The translations under genes were made by a program, and so were the position numbers. Under the pieces are notes generated by a model. That model saw only the letters and a list, made by a program, of their open reading frames with translations, was not told the origin of the DNA and ran no database searches. This document shows, piece by piece, positions 51,561 through 63,260 of a stretch of DNA of 64,000 nt (the first letter of the stretch is position 1; each line of letters begins with the position of its first letter). Location: contig JBITNC010000001.1 of NCBI GenBank assembly GCA_050084985.1, forward strand, positions 176,514,001 through 176,578,000, given 5' to 3'. The stretch is from Nageia nagi. Lineage: Eukaryota; Plantae; Pinophyta.

Positions 51561-52926
51561 AATAACAAACGCAATTATGGGCCTGATTCTCGTAGCTGCT
51601 CCTCTAATTGAGCACAAATGTTTGACTCGACATACCTTGAATATTTTGAATCTAACCTTCCACCGCACAGACCAAACATAAATTATCCAAGACTTTTCTT
51701 AAACTTGTTCCTTTAATGTTAAAAACACATTTAAGGACATGTTATGTTCTTTTAATGTTAAAAACATATTTAAGAACATGTTACAGCTGTTGAGCACCTG
51801 TCACAGCTTTATGTAGAAATAAAACCCCATTATTTGCGTCTAGTTTTGAAACGGACAAGGTAAAGAAAAATATAGTCATGCTCAAGTAACCATTCTCTAC
51901 CATCACAAACTTAGCCAAATACACAATTATAGGCAGCACACAATGGTTAATGAAACCCCTTGTGTTAACTACAGAAGTTTTAACTTTAAATGTCAACTTT
52001 TAAACCTCCTTAAGTTTCAATCCCTTGAAAAGTGCATGGTAAATTGGGCATTACCAATCCATTATGTCCAAGGTACCAACGTATATAGATCAAATTTACT
52101 GCTTATGAACTAATTGAACCTGCTGTAAATCAAACAGGCAAATTTTTTATCTAGTATCAGACTCTATACTGAGTTTAACTAAAAACTGATACTGGAAACA
52201 AGAGCAATCTTTGCTATTATGTCCTCTCTGGGTGATAAATTCAAAATCAACAAATTTCATCTATAATTCCACTCATTACATATGCATGTTCTATGATTTT
52301 CTTAACTTCTGTCCAGATAGTGTAGATGAAATTTTTGGAGCAACTGAAATCTTCATTTAGTGTTTTCATTGGACATCATTCAAGTAGAAGTTACTCTCCC
52401 CAGGGTAGATGCTCTCCCCTGGAGAGGCCCAGGATGGTCCCTCTCTAGTTGGACTTGTTTTTATTCCACCCTATCGTTACGGTTTGGATTTTTATGTATG
52501 GATGTATATGTCTATATCAACTTGTATGTTTCTTAAGATGTTGCCCATTAGAGCTTTGCTGGTTTCATGAACATGATTGCACTCAATAGTCCCATTGACC
52601 ACTTTTGGTCACCCAAGGACATTAATATACTTTCTTTCTCAAGTATAGAGTCTAGAAAACATACAACTTCATTCCTGCTCTGATAGACACTGATTTACTT
52701 ATCTGTTAGCGTTGTTGAAGAAATAGAAGAGTGGACTCACACAAAGTGATATATCACGGTAATCCTTTCTCTAGATGTTAGCTCTTTGACACAAAGGATG
52801 GAACTGATAATAATTGAACTGTATGTTACTGGATAGTACATGTATTTCTTTATGATGAATTATTGAGAATTATATACATCAATTGCAGAGACAAAGAAGT
52901 GCTTAAACATGCAAAATAGCAGTTAC

Positions 52927-53016
52927 CTGACGCTTCAGATGTCGATTGTATTGATTAGCTTCACCAAGCTTCCTAATAAGATTTGACCTAATAGCATTAA
53001 CACGTAAAGCTTCCAA
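52927..53016 (-). CDS. PTST1: PTST1-like exon (first visible), coiled-coil: LEALRVNAIRSNLIRKLGEANQYNRHLKRQ
   Basis: Minus strand ttttgcAG|TTG...CAG|GTaact; 90 nt, phase 0/0. The peptide matches the PTST1 motif as I recall it (RSKLIKKLSEANQQNRFLKRQ). Confidence 0.88.
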
Positions 53017-54460
53017 CTGCAAAACAAAGGAACAATTACATGTCATAAATGCCATTCACTTCAAAGGAGAAAAGAGAATAACGTCAAGCTTATTTATCAA
53101 TTGCCACAATTTGAAACCTGCAAGCTACAGTGCCATCATAAATAAGCATCAGATCAAACCTTTAGCATTTTATGAAGTCGTTAATATCCTTTCATGTGTC
53201 TAACGAAGGTTCAAGACTCAAATAACATCTCAAATCTTACAGTAAATTTTGGCATGATGCACAACGATGGCAGTACAGTTGACTACTAGCACATCCAACT
53301 TATACATTTGAAGAGTATTTTTCAATGCAAAGCTACTTGTAGCACTGCATTTGGCATAGAAGAAAAAAATTATTACTGGATGGACTCCATCTGTGCATGT
53401 TCTTGCCTTTTTTATTGGTTTGAAATTTTGAATCACTAGTCAGCTGCAGCAACAACAACAGTTATGATGGATAAAGAGTCCACATTCTCAATTCAGGTCT
53501 TCCAAGGATTTAATATTTTTTTTGCATCTTCATACATTTATCTGTCACCAAAAACTTCTAGTAACTAACAAAATGTCTTAACATATTAAGTGGGTACCAA
53601 CAGAAAAAGAAAAGCCAAAAAGAAAAAACAATAACAAAAAAGAGAATATTGCACAAATCAATTAAAATTATTGAAAACAATGGAAATCTCATAAGCTTAT
53701 GTTTCTTAAAGATGATTTCTTATAAAAGTAGAACAGTGAAATAAATGAACTGGATACTCAAAATAGACCAACATGTTAGTTATGTGCTTCACAAACTAAA
53801 TTCATCTCTTCTCCACATACTGTTGCTTTGCAAACACAAGAAGGAAAGTACAATGAGTACAAGCATAATCATCCTATCTTCCAGATACTGCTACTTTGCA
53901 AACACAAGGAGGAAAGTACAATGAATAAGCATAATCTTCACATTTATTCCTGTCTTAATGATGAATAATGAGTGATACTTGGACCAGTACAACTTTGAAT
54001 TTGGAACCAGGTTTTTGCAATTCTAAAGTAGTTCAAATAAGGTAAACTATAAACTGATATTAGGAATACAGTTAGGGCCTGTAAACTAATGTTACATCTC
54101 CTTTTCAGTTACTTATATCTGAAAGTCAACAAGATAAATTTTGAATATTGAATAGTTTCCATCATGCCAAGCAATTATAATTACAAAATACCACGATGTT
54201 GTATGTTCTCTCTATGTTTCACTTCAGTCAAAATACCACATGTTTTCTCTTGTTTTTTTATTCACTATGTCAATTTTCACTAGCAACATAGAGATATGTA
54301 TTATTATTGTGTTTACTCTTACTTGATTGTAGAGCACCTTTCCAACCTTCTGATATGCCACTTAGAGAACCTTAATAAGTTGAAATGATGAATACTGTGT
54401 GTTTTGAACAGGACGCATATATCAAATGAGGAACATGTGCAATCTTAGCAAACAAAAAAC

Positions 54461-55193
54461 TGTAATGTACCAAAAATAAATATTTTTTGTAAATGTCTCC
54501 TACACTTAATTATAAAAGTGAAAAAGGAGTTCATGTGACTAGGAGACATAACTTAAGTTGTGTTTATTTATGTTTTATATTTTTATTTTGTAATAGGGCA
54601 CTTTAAGTGATTTTAGGGTTGGGAGATGTCAACTCCAAATTAGAATATGAGCTTATAAAAGGGAAGTGGGCATCCCATTTGAGTAAGCTTGTGGATCATC
54701 TATTTTATTATTTTTGAGTGAAGGAGATTCCTTTCTCAACCCAAGTGTGCACGTGTTCATGCATATTTGGATCTCAAGGGTTGTGGGCCTTAGTCTTGGG
54801 GGTGTTTGTACACCTAGAGCTAAAGGTAGCTATTGCTTGGGAGACTTCAGGAGTTGTGGGCCTCAATCTTGGGGATGCTTGCACATCTAGAGTTGGAGGT
54901 AGCGATTTCTTGGAGAGATCTTGAAGGTTGGAGGCCTTGCATGGGAGCCTAGCCTCATTCTGTTGCATCATTTTCAGATCTGGCCAATTTGTGGCATTTT
55001 TGTGAGCTTGGATCTGTATTTGTGGCACTTCAACTATTGTATTGGTTTGACATTTTTTTTTTAATAAAATTCCTTGGCTGATTCTCTCCATTATTTTGCA
55101 TATTTTTCTGAGTTTTGACATTGTTCCTTGGCTGCAAGTTATTTCTGTGTTTTGAGCATTCACTTGAGCAATAAAAATAAAATGAACATTACA
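54461..55193 (+). mobile_element. Solo LTR sharing U3 with the chromovirus LTR
   Basis: TGTAATGTACC...GAACATTACA; perfect TSD AAAAC; 54461-54680 is near-identical to the reverse complement of 15375-15593; the downstream part is unrelated. Confidence 0.93.
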
Positions 55194-55854
55194 AAAACAT
55201 ATCAAATGCTGAATATTCTCACATTCTGCAGATGGGCCACACAGATCGGACACAAAACATCAATAGTATAAACTAGTGTACAAATTGACCAAACAACTTT
55301 AACATAGAAAAGCATGATAATTAATCTTGTATATTTCTAGGATCACCGTGTAAATAATAAGCATCTTCTTAAGCCTCCAGTTACCTTTGTAGAATTTACC
55401 AGCAGTTACATTGAAGGCTTAAACAGATATATCGCAGGTAATTACTTTTAAAATTTGATATCAGATCATTACCAAGTATATAGGGAGCCTTTAGTTTATT
55501 TGCATATCAAAAAGCAATAATCATCCATAAGTGGTGTACTTGAAAAATTTAACACACCATTTTATGATGTGCAAAGTTCAACTCAAATGAATTCACGCAT
55601 TGCAGCATCAGTGAAATGATTTGGAATTTTAGTAAGTAGAATTCTGATTGAGTGATATGTTATAGGATATAATACCATGATGAGGTAGGGTCAAAGATAC
55701 AGCAGGCATGCTCCATCTGATAATTCACTGATTAAGTCCAAAATGAGATTTATAAAATGGAGCTTAAGAAACCTCTCCAAGTGATTTGTTAAATGATTTT
55801 GCAATGATGAGACTTAAATTTTGAAGACATACTCAATGTTTAGGTAATGGTTTG

Positions 55855-57278
55855 TGTTGATGTGGATTTATTTCCTCTAAAGAATCAACACTATTGGGTG
55901 AGGCAGCATTACTTGCGCCCACTTGAAATGACTCTAACCCCAAGTTTTACTTGTCTTTGAATCTCTAAGGACTTCTCGTGACTCTAGACGGATAATTGAG
56001 CAATTGATTTTCCTTTAGCCCCAGGATAACTCAGGTGAGGAAGTAGGCTAAACACACAATTTAAACGGGCTTTTCAACTTCACATAATCAATTGTTTTCG
56101 GTAATTGGAAATAAAATGACAGTGAACTGAGGATGATGTTGATAACTCAGAATAATGTAGCAAGGGTAACCTATCACTAGTGTGCAATGTCTAGGGATTT
56201 ACTTTCTGTATTTATTAAGAAGCTTCATTTACTCGTCAACCAAAGAGGGGAACAATAGGGTCCGAGTCACCTCTAAGCAAAACCGTAGAGCAACAACCAT
56301 GGTGGCTAATGAAGTGAAACGGTGTATTCATGTATCTTTAAATGAAAACTTATACTCAAATGGCATAGAAAGTAAATTATCTCATAATACAATCACTTGT
56401 ATGCAAGTTGCCGAAACAACAACTTAAATACTTGAAAAGATATTCTATTATCTTTTCCTAAAGTGCGAAGTTTTTAAGGAAAATAAACAAAAGCATGTAA
56501 ACTGTTACTAAAATAATATACCACAATGTCTTATAGCATATCCACAATCCCACGAAATAAAAAGCACCACTTACATTATCATAGATTCGATTACTTCCTC
56601 AAGAGAACAAAGATACAAAGTTGTAATGACACTCCGTAGTCATAAGTTTCAACTAAACTCTCCTCCTACAAAATGACCCAAGATGGGTACTTATAGCAAA
56701 AGTTTTGACAACCTCATTAAATGCAGTGTTGCCCTAAAACGGCAAAAAACCTAATAATACCAAAGTAAATACCATCAAAACATAAAACTATGGCTACAAA
56801 GTACCGCCAAAGCATCATTACATCAAATCATCAAAATTAATTGAAACTATGGGAGCAAAAACTCATCTGTCACAGTCCAAGTTACAAAATAAAGTCTATT
56901 ATCAAAATAAAGTCTTTTGAAACGACCAACACCCTATTTGAGCTTAAAATTTTCAATCTAAATTATGCAATTGCATCACATGCACCCAGGAAAGCCTCCT
57001 TCGATATCCCATGTGATTCATCATCTAAAAAAGTCTTCGCCTTTAAGAGTCCCATGGTAAGTGCTCCAAGCAAGTCTTCATCCTTTAACTAAAAGTCCTC
57101 GATGTAGAAGGAAGTACACTCCATTTGGAACTTCCAAATGGCAAGTTGTTGTTGGTTCTCTATATGCCTCCTTGTCTTGAGTAGGTTTACATCCTTGGTG
57201 ATGAAGAGTTCTTGGACCATGCGTTGAACCTCATTGACAGCAAGTCCAACCTTTCTGGTGTTCCCGTCATCATCAACA
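55855..57278 (-). mobile_element. Probable solo LTR (~1.4 kb)
   Basis: 8-bp inverted termini TGTTGATG...CATCAACA; flanks match only 3/5 (GTTTG/AATTG). Confidence 0.45.
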
Positions 57279-57443
57279 AATTGAATTGGCTAAAGGTATT
57301 AGTTTATTTGATATGCGAGAATCATCATCAAATCTACTCTTGCCTTAGTTATCCTCAAGCACTCGCTTTCTACAAATTTCAACCAGCTCAAATGATAGGC
57401 AAACTCCTGATAATATTTTAGTTTGTTTGGCTAACCAATGTAT

Positions 57444-58380
57444 TGTGACTAGCACAACACATCCCGAAATTTCGTAATTTTGAGGACCCAAACACCTTGC
57501 CCAAGACATATCATGCGAAATCTAGAACTTTATTTACCTAGATATTATGTTCATCATCTCGTTGAGAGCTAAGTGTCACGCCTTCCCAATCCTAGCTAGA
57601 GTAGTTCAACTCCAAAATTTCCCAAAAATATCTAAATCTGAAAATAGAAAGATCAAATTAGGCAAAAAATAGGAAACCTAGGGTAAGTTCGAAGAGAAGC
57701 AAGGCAAAATAAAGCCTCCAGGAGACCATCACATGCCTCCAAAAGTCATGATTTTGACTTTCTAGAGCATGCACTAGGTGAATGGAATGTTCAAGGTGGA
57801 GTTTGGGGCCAAGAGAAACAAATGTAAGCCACCAAGAGGTCAACGCATGACTTTAGAAGTCATGATTATGACATTTCCAAGTATGCGCCAAACAAAAAAG
57901 GCCACCAGAGTCAAGTTCAAGGTGCAAAAGGGCAAAGTTGGGCATCCAAAGACCCAACGCATGACTCCAAAAGTCATGATTATGACTTTTTGAGACATAT
58001 GCCAGCCAGGAGGAGAAGTCTAGATCGAACTCAAGGAGAAATTTGATGACGTTAAGAACTCAAGAGGCTTGTGTTGGGGTACTGAGCAAGAAGAAAGGCA
58101 TTTTTGAGGTGGAAATTTGGCTAAGGCATAGAAGAAGGCATCAAAATTCACTCCACAACACCCAGAAAACCCAGCATAGGACTTCAAAAGTCATGATTAT
58201 GACTTTTTGAATGATGCTCCAAACTAAGGCACACATACAAGGCTGGTGCATGACGAAAAAAGACATGATGGTGACTTTCCAAGGCATGCACCAGGCTTGA
58301 GAGGGCTCCAGGATGTGTTTTAAGGTTAAACTTGGACAAGCGCGACCCCAAGAAGAAGTGAAATCATGAAAAACTTGAAG
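57444..58380 (+). mobile_element. Terminal part of a long LTR-like element with five palindromes
   Basis: Terminus homologous to 38038 and 7943; GCATG....AAAAGTCAT-GATT-ATGACTTTT....CATGC centred at 57750, 57864, 57978, 58195, 58267. Confidence 0.75.
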
Positions 58381-59114
58381 CTAGAAGGTGTTGGGATGCT
58401 TTTCTTTCCCACAGGGGACACTCTTAATATACCGCATAGAACTTAGGAGATCCCAAGCAACATAGTTGGGAATGCGTTTACCACTACTGATCAATTCTAT
58501 AAACCTTGCCAATTCCAACCGAAATTTGGTGTCGTCTTTTTGTCCAATCACTCTAGAAAGCATAGATATTAATCTGGAGACTACTTGATAGAACTCTCCT
58601 CTGTTTGGCAGTGCTAAGGCTCTCCCTGTGAGATGCTTATGGTCGTCAGCCAACCAATCTCTAATCAAATCAACTGGAGGTTTCAAACTTTTGTAGAACC
58701 TCAAGGAGTCTTGTAGGCTGTATGATAGGCCTTTGCTTTTCCAAGCGAACGCGCTCTCTATTTCTTCCTCAGAAGATTCCATGATTACCTCGTTCCTTCT
58801 GTCAAGGGGTCTCCGCTTTTTGATGTCACAATGCTTTCCTAGCTCGTAACACAGCTCAGAGAAGGGGGTGGCGAATGGCACCATAGAAGCTGTTACTAGT
58901 AATGAGGTTTTCAAAGTGTCCTTCACTAGTGAAACTAGATCCAATTGGATCGAGGGAGTTACAATCTGTGTCCCCGATCTCACTCAACTGGTCAATGATT
59001 CTTGCAGCAGACGTTACTGGCTCTATAGTGTGTTCGAGCGTGATGAGACTGTCCATTATGAGCCTTCTCTGCTTCCTATCTTTGATGTTCTAAGTGACTA
59101 ACGCTATTGTGTCC
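58381..59114 (-). pseudogene. Frameshifted ORF of unknown function, probably a retrotransposon accessory ORF
   Basis: Branch point CTAAC (59140-59136), pyrimidine tract and CAG acceptor at 59115; ATG at 59056; overlapping ORFs 58856-59056 and 58381-58983 appear to join by one frameshift. Confidence 0.55.
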
Positions 59115-60329
59115 CTGTCCAAGAGGACAATAAGAGTTAGAAGAGTTTTGGGAAGCTTATGGCTTTTTCTAGGCAAGCAAAGAGGGGTTTTTGAAAAAAA
59201 TAGATTTTTTTAGCATTTTTCACTCTAAGTGTGCCATCATCGAAAAGTGTCATAATTTGCAATTTTCAAGGCCTTTTGGGTGAGTTAGGGATGACACAAA
59301 GGTAACTAGTTCAAATGGGAATGCCTTGGCAAAAAATTAAGATGTTTGGAGAATTTTCAATTTTTTCTCAAAAAAGTTGACTTTTTCAAGAGGAAAAAGT
59401 GGTGAAATTTGGCGAAATTGGCAACTGATGCTAGAGTCAAGTTTCAACACCTTATATGGATGGGGAATGAGTGGGGAAGGTGTTTTGGACTTTGAAATGG
59501 CCAAAAGGGACTTCAAAAACAGTTTTTGGATTTTTTTGAATTTTTTTGTGAAAAAATGAGGACTTTGAGCACTCAAATCTTAGATCATGTTTTTTTTTTT
59601 GTTTTTTTTTGCTGAAAATAAAAGTTGATCACATGTATAAAGGGTATCCAAAAGTTGATCAAACTTGAAATCTGGAAAAATAAATTTTCAAGTGTTTGAG
59701 GATTGGGAAAATGGGGTTTTGGTAAAAAAATCCTCAAAACTTGAAAAAATGGAGTTCATGTGAATGAAGGATGCTTGGATTTCAAATTTTAATGGAGTTT
59801 GGGTGAATAGAAATGGTGCTAACTGTTCAAAAATATCCTCCAAGGTCGAACATTGGCTTTCTTTTCCACTTTGCTCGCAAATTCTCAAAAATTTGAGCAA
59901 CATAAAAGTGCAAAAATGAGAGTGGTAAAAAATGGAGAGGGTATGGCTGTATTTATAGGCTCAAGGGGTCAAAAGGTGCCACATGTCAACATCTCATCAA
60001 CCGTAGAGCTTAAAACTTGCATTTTGGACCTTTCCTCCTCCTTGCCAATGTTGGGAAACATGAGAAAACATGAAGAAAAGGCAAAACCTATGCCTAGGTC
60101 TAGAGGGAGCAGGTTTGGTGCAATGTGGGAGGTATTGGAAGCAAAAATGATGGCCTTTGGATGCTCTTCAACCTCCATACTTCAGATTTGGATTTCAAAT
60201 TTTGAGAGTTTTTTGCAAAATTACCCAAATTTCTTGAGTTTGCAGCCTTTGAATCAAAATGGTGTAGAATTACACCACCTATCTCATAAAACCAAAAAAT
60301 TGCAATTTTGGGCACTTTTGGGGGTCAAG

Positions 60330-61200
60330 GAGGCTAGGTGCAGGTTTTAGGAGTTTAGGCAAGTTTTGAAAAAATGAAAAAATGGGGAAAACTTGCAAAA
60401 CTGCCGCCTAACATTTTGAGCAGCTAAACTTGATTTTTTTGCAACATTGCAAAAGGCAATATTGATCTCCTTTGAATTTGACACGCTACCTTTCTTTCCA
60501 ATTTTGATTTTGAGGATTTTGAAAAACTTGGAAAATTTTCCAACTCTCCATTGGGTGATCCAAATTTTGTCATTTTGGGAGAGTTGATCCACTTTTTTCA
60601 AAAAAAACTTAAAACATGAATGATGTGCAAAATTGGATTTTCCATGCTCCTATGATCAATTTTTTTAAATTTTTGAGCAAAAAAGTTCCCGTGCAAGCTA
60701 CACGCTAGTTTTGAGTGTCTTGGCATGTTTTGGAAATATTGGAAAATGGGGGAAAAGAGGCAAAACAGCAGCCTAGGTTTTTGGAGGGGAAAAATTAGTT
60801 TTTTTGCAACATTGCAAGAGGCAATGTTGGTCTCCTTTGAATTTTGCACCCTACCTCACTCTCCTTTCTTGATTTGGCCAATTTTGGGAAATTTTTGGAG
60901 CTCTCTCATCAGCCAATCGAATTTTTGATGATTTGGGGAAGTAGATTTCATTTTTTTGGAAAACTCAAATCATCAATCTTGTGTGAAATCCCATCCTACA
61001 CCCCATAAAGGTCAAAATTTTCAATTTTTTTCATTTTTGGGGCACAAGAAGGGTAGGGTGCAGGTTTTGAGGCTTTTGGGGTGTTTTGGAAAATTGAGAA
61101 AATGAGGGAAAACACCCAAAACCAGCACCTAACTCTAGGAGGGACAAAAATTGTCCAATTTTGAAAATTCCAAGATGAAAGGTGCCTAATTTTTGATTTG
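60330..61200. repeat. Degenerate ~360-bp tandem repeat (about 2.4 copies)
   Basis: GGTGCAGGTTTT...GTTTTG.AAAA.TG.AAAAATG.GG.AAAA...CCTA at about 60337, 60705 and 61057; TTTTTTGCAACATTGCAA.AGGCAAT.TTG.TCTCCTTTGAATTT occurs twice. Confidence 0.8.
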
Positions 61201-61259
61201 CCACCCTAGCTCTTTCTTAAATTTTCATTTGACACTTTTGGAATTTTGGAAAATTTGGA

Positions 61260-63260
61260 GCATTCCAAGGATAGATTAGGAGCATAATTAGCATTTAAGT
61301 GTAACGGTGGGCATCCCAAGACCCTAACGCATGATTGGAGGTGTGAGCATGGATTAGAGGTGGGCGTATGAGTCATTATGATCCCTAGGCTAATTCGTGG
61401 ACATGGAGTGAGGCGCCACATCCTTGTGGATCCCTAGGCATGATCTAGGCATCCACAATGAGGCATCACCTATATATATGACTGGCGCAGGATGAGGGAG
61501 ACATCATTGAGCATATTTGACATCTTCTATCTTCGGAGTGGCAGCGCCATCTCTTGGGCCTCTAGTTGGACGGAAACCCAGCTTGGAGAAAAGCATAGAG
61601 GGATGTAGCCCTCACAAGGCTGTGGCTAAGGATGAAAACCCTCAAACCAATCCAAGCTTGCAATCAAATCCAAGGTTTGAAGGCCCTAGCAATTAGTCGT
61701 CAGCATTTGAGGAGTGTACGCCCTAGATTTGGCCCCTTGAGCCAGACTTCAGCCCTCTTGGGCCATTATGGTTGTATTTCAATCCTTCATTGTTATATAT
61801 TGAGACGTTGCCATTTCTCTTCCATTTTGGTTGTGTGTTGGCATGTTTTGTGGTGTGAATGCTTGATCTTGTTCATTTTCTTAATTGTCTCATTATTTGA
61901 AACAAGAAATTATTTAGGACATTACAATGGTATCAGAGCTATAATCCTACCATTTTTTGGGAAGGGTTATTAAATGTTATCAGCTGAGAAGGTTTACCAA
62001 AGGCAGAAAGGAAGGAAGTCTTCCATGGCACCTCACACCAGATCCAAGGACGAGGGGAGATAGCATGGAAATCCAACCTGACAAAGTTGGACGAATGAAC
62101 CATAGCATGCGCATGGAAGGGAAGATGTGCATGAGGAGAGAGAGATTCCGCCGAAGGATCCGATCAAGAAGTTTGATGATCTGCTAGCAATGATGAAAAC
62201 CATTGCGAACCAAATGCAGTTGCAAAATGAGCACGCGGCCAAGGAGGAGGCATAGGAGAGAACGTAGGGTCAAGAGGAAGCCCTAGGACACCCCATACTC
62301 TGAGATTTGCCTTTGTTCGTGAGAGGGAGCCAAATGGGGATGCGTCCTTGCATAGATCTCGTGAGAGATCATGAAGAGGAGGATTTTTTGCATAGATCCA
62401 TAGGCTTAAGGCATGACCAAGAAAGTCAAGGGCTTGAGCAAAAAGAACCAATGTTTTAGAAATCCCTATCGGCCAGAATGATGGATGAAGGAGGGTATTA
62501 TTTGTTTAGAACAGGATCTACCAAAGATCCCTTGGTTGGTGAGTCAATGTGGGAAAGATTCATGGAGAGGGACACCCCGAAAATAGCTATGACACCTCCA
62601 CCTCTGCCACGTCCTAGCAAGTCCATGTTTCTACCAAGGTAGGAAACCAATGCAAGCTTGATCTCACCACTTGAGCTTAAACAATTGTATCGGGAGTATT
62701 CATTGAATGCACCAAAGTTTCAGAACAATGTGACCTTTTCTATGTATTGGGAATTTTTTGGAAAGAAGACTACTGAAAGCTCTACGCATGGTGGATCTCG
62801 GGAAGATAAGAGGGACCTATAGCATAGGCTAAGTCAAATGCAGGTGCCCTTGTTCGATGGAAGCAACAAAATAACGGCTAGAGCATGGTTGTAGAAGTTG
62901 CAGACATATTTCATGCTCAGCCCGATGATGCAGGAGGACGCCATATGATTTGCTACCCTGCACTTGGATGGCATAGTGTATGAATGGTGGCAGTATGGCA
63001 TGACTACGCAAGGTCATGGAGCAATCACTTCTTTTGATGTATTCAGACGAAGAATGATGGATCGATTCAATAGGAAGGATGAGGATGATTACTTCAAGGA
63101 TCTTACGACAGTAAAGCAGAGAGGATTTGTGGAGTATGTGGTAGAATTCCAGTTGCAGTCATGGTTCCTAGCATCTCAGAGAAGAGGATAACTTTCCTCT
63201 TCACGGAAGGGTTGGCTGAGCCATTGAGGGGTTTAGTCAAGTCCTTCAATAAGAAAGATT
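61260..63260 (+). mobile_element. Truncated Ty3/gypsy element: LTR to 61926, PBS and gag remnant
   Basis: LTR ends GGACATTACA; perfect PBS TGGTATCAGAGC at 61928-61939; TATA near 61471; gag LHLDGIVYEWWQYG...DYFKDLTTVKQRG and EGLAEPLRGLVKSF. The left LTR end is uncertain. Confidence 0.85.

Noticed and set aside
53230-53436. 68-aa ORF upstream of the first exon as a transit-peptide exon
   Set aside because: No convincing phase-compatible splice pair and no transit-peptide-like composition.
54774-55253. 159-aa ORF, and most other short ORFs in the track
   Set aside because: It lies antisense in a solo LTR and crosses its boundary; these are chance ORFs without motifs.
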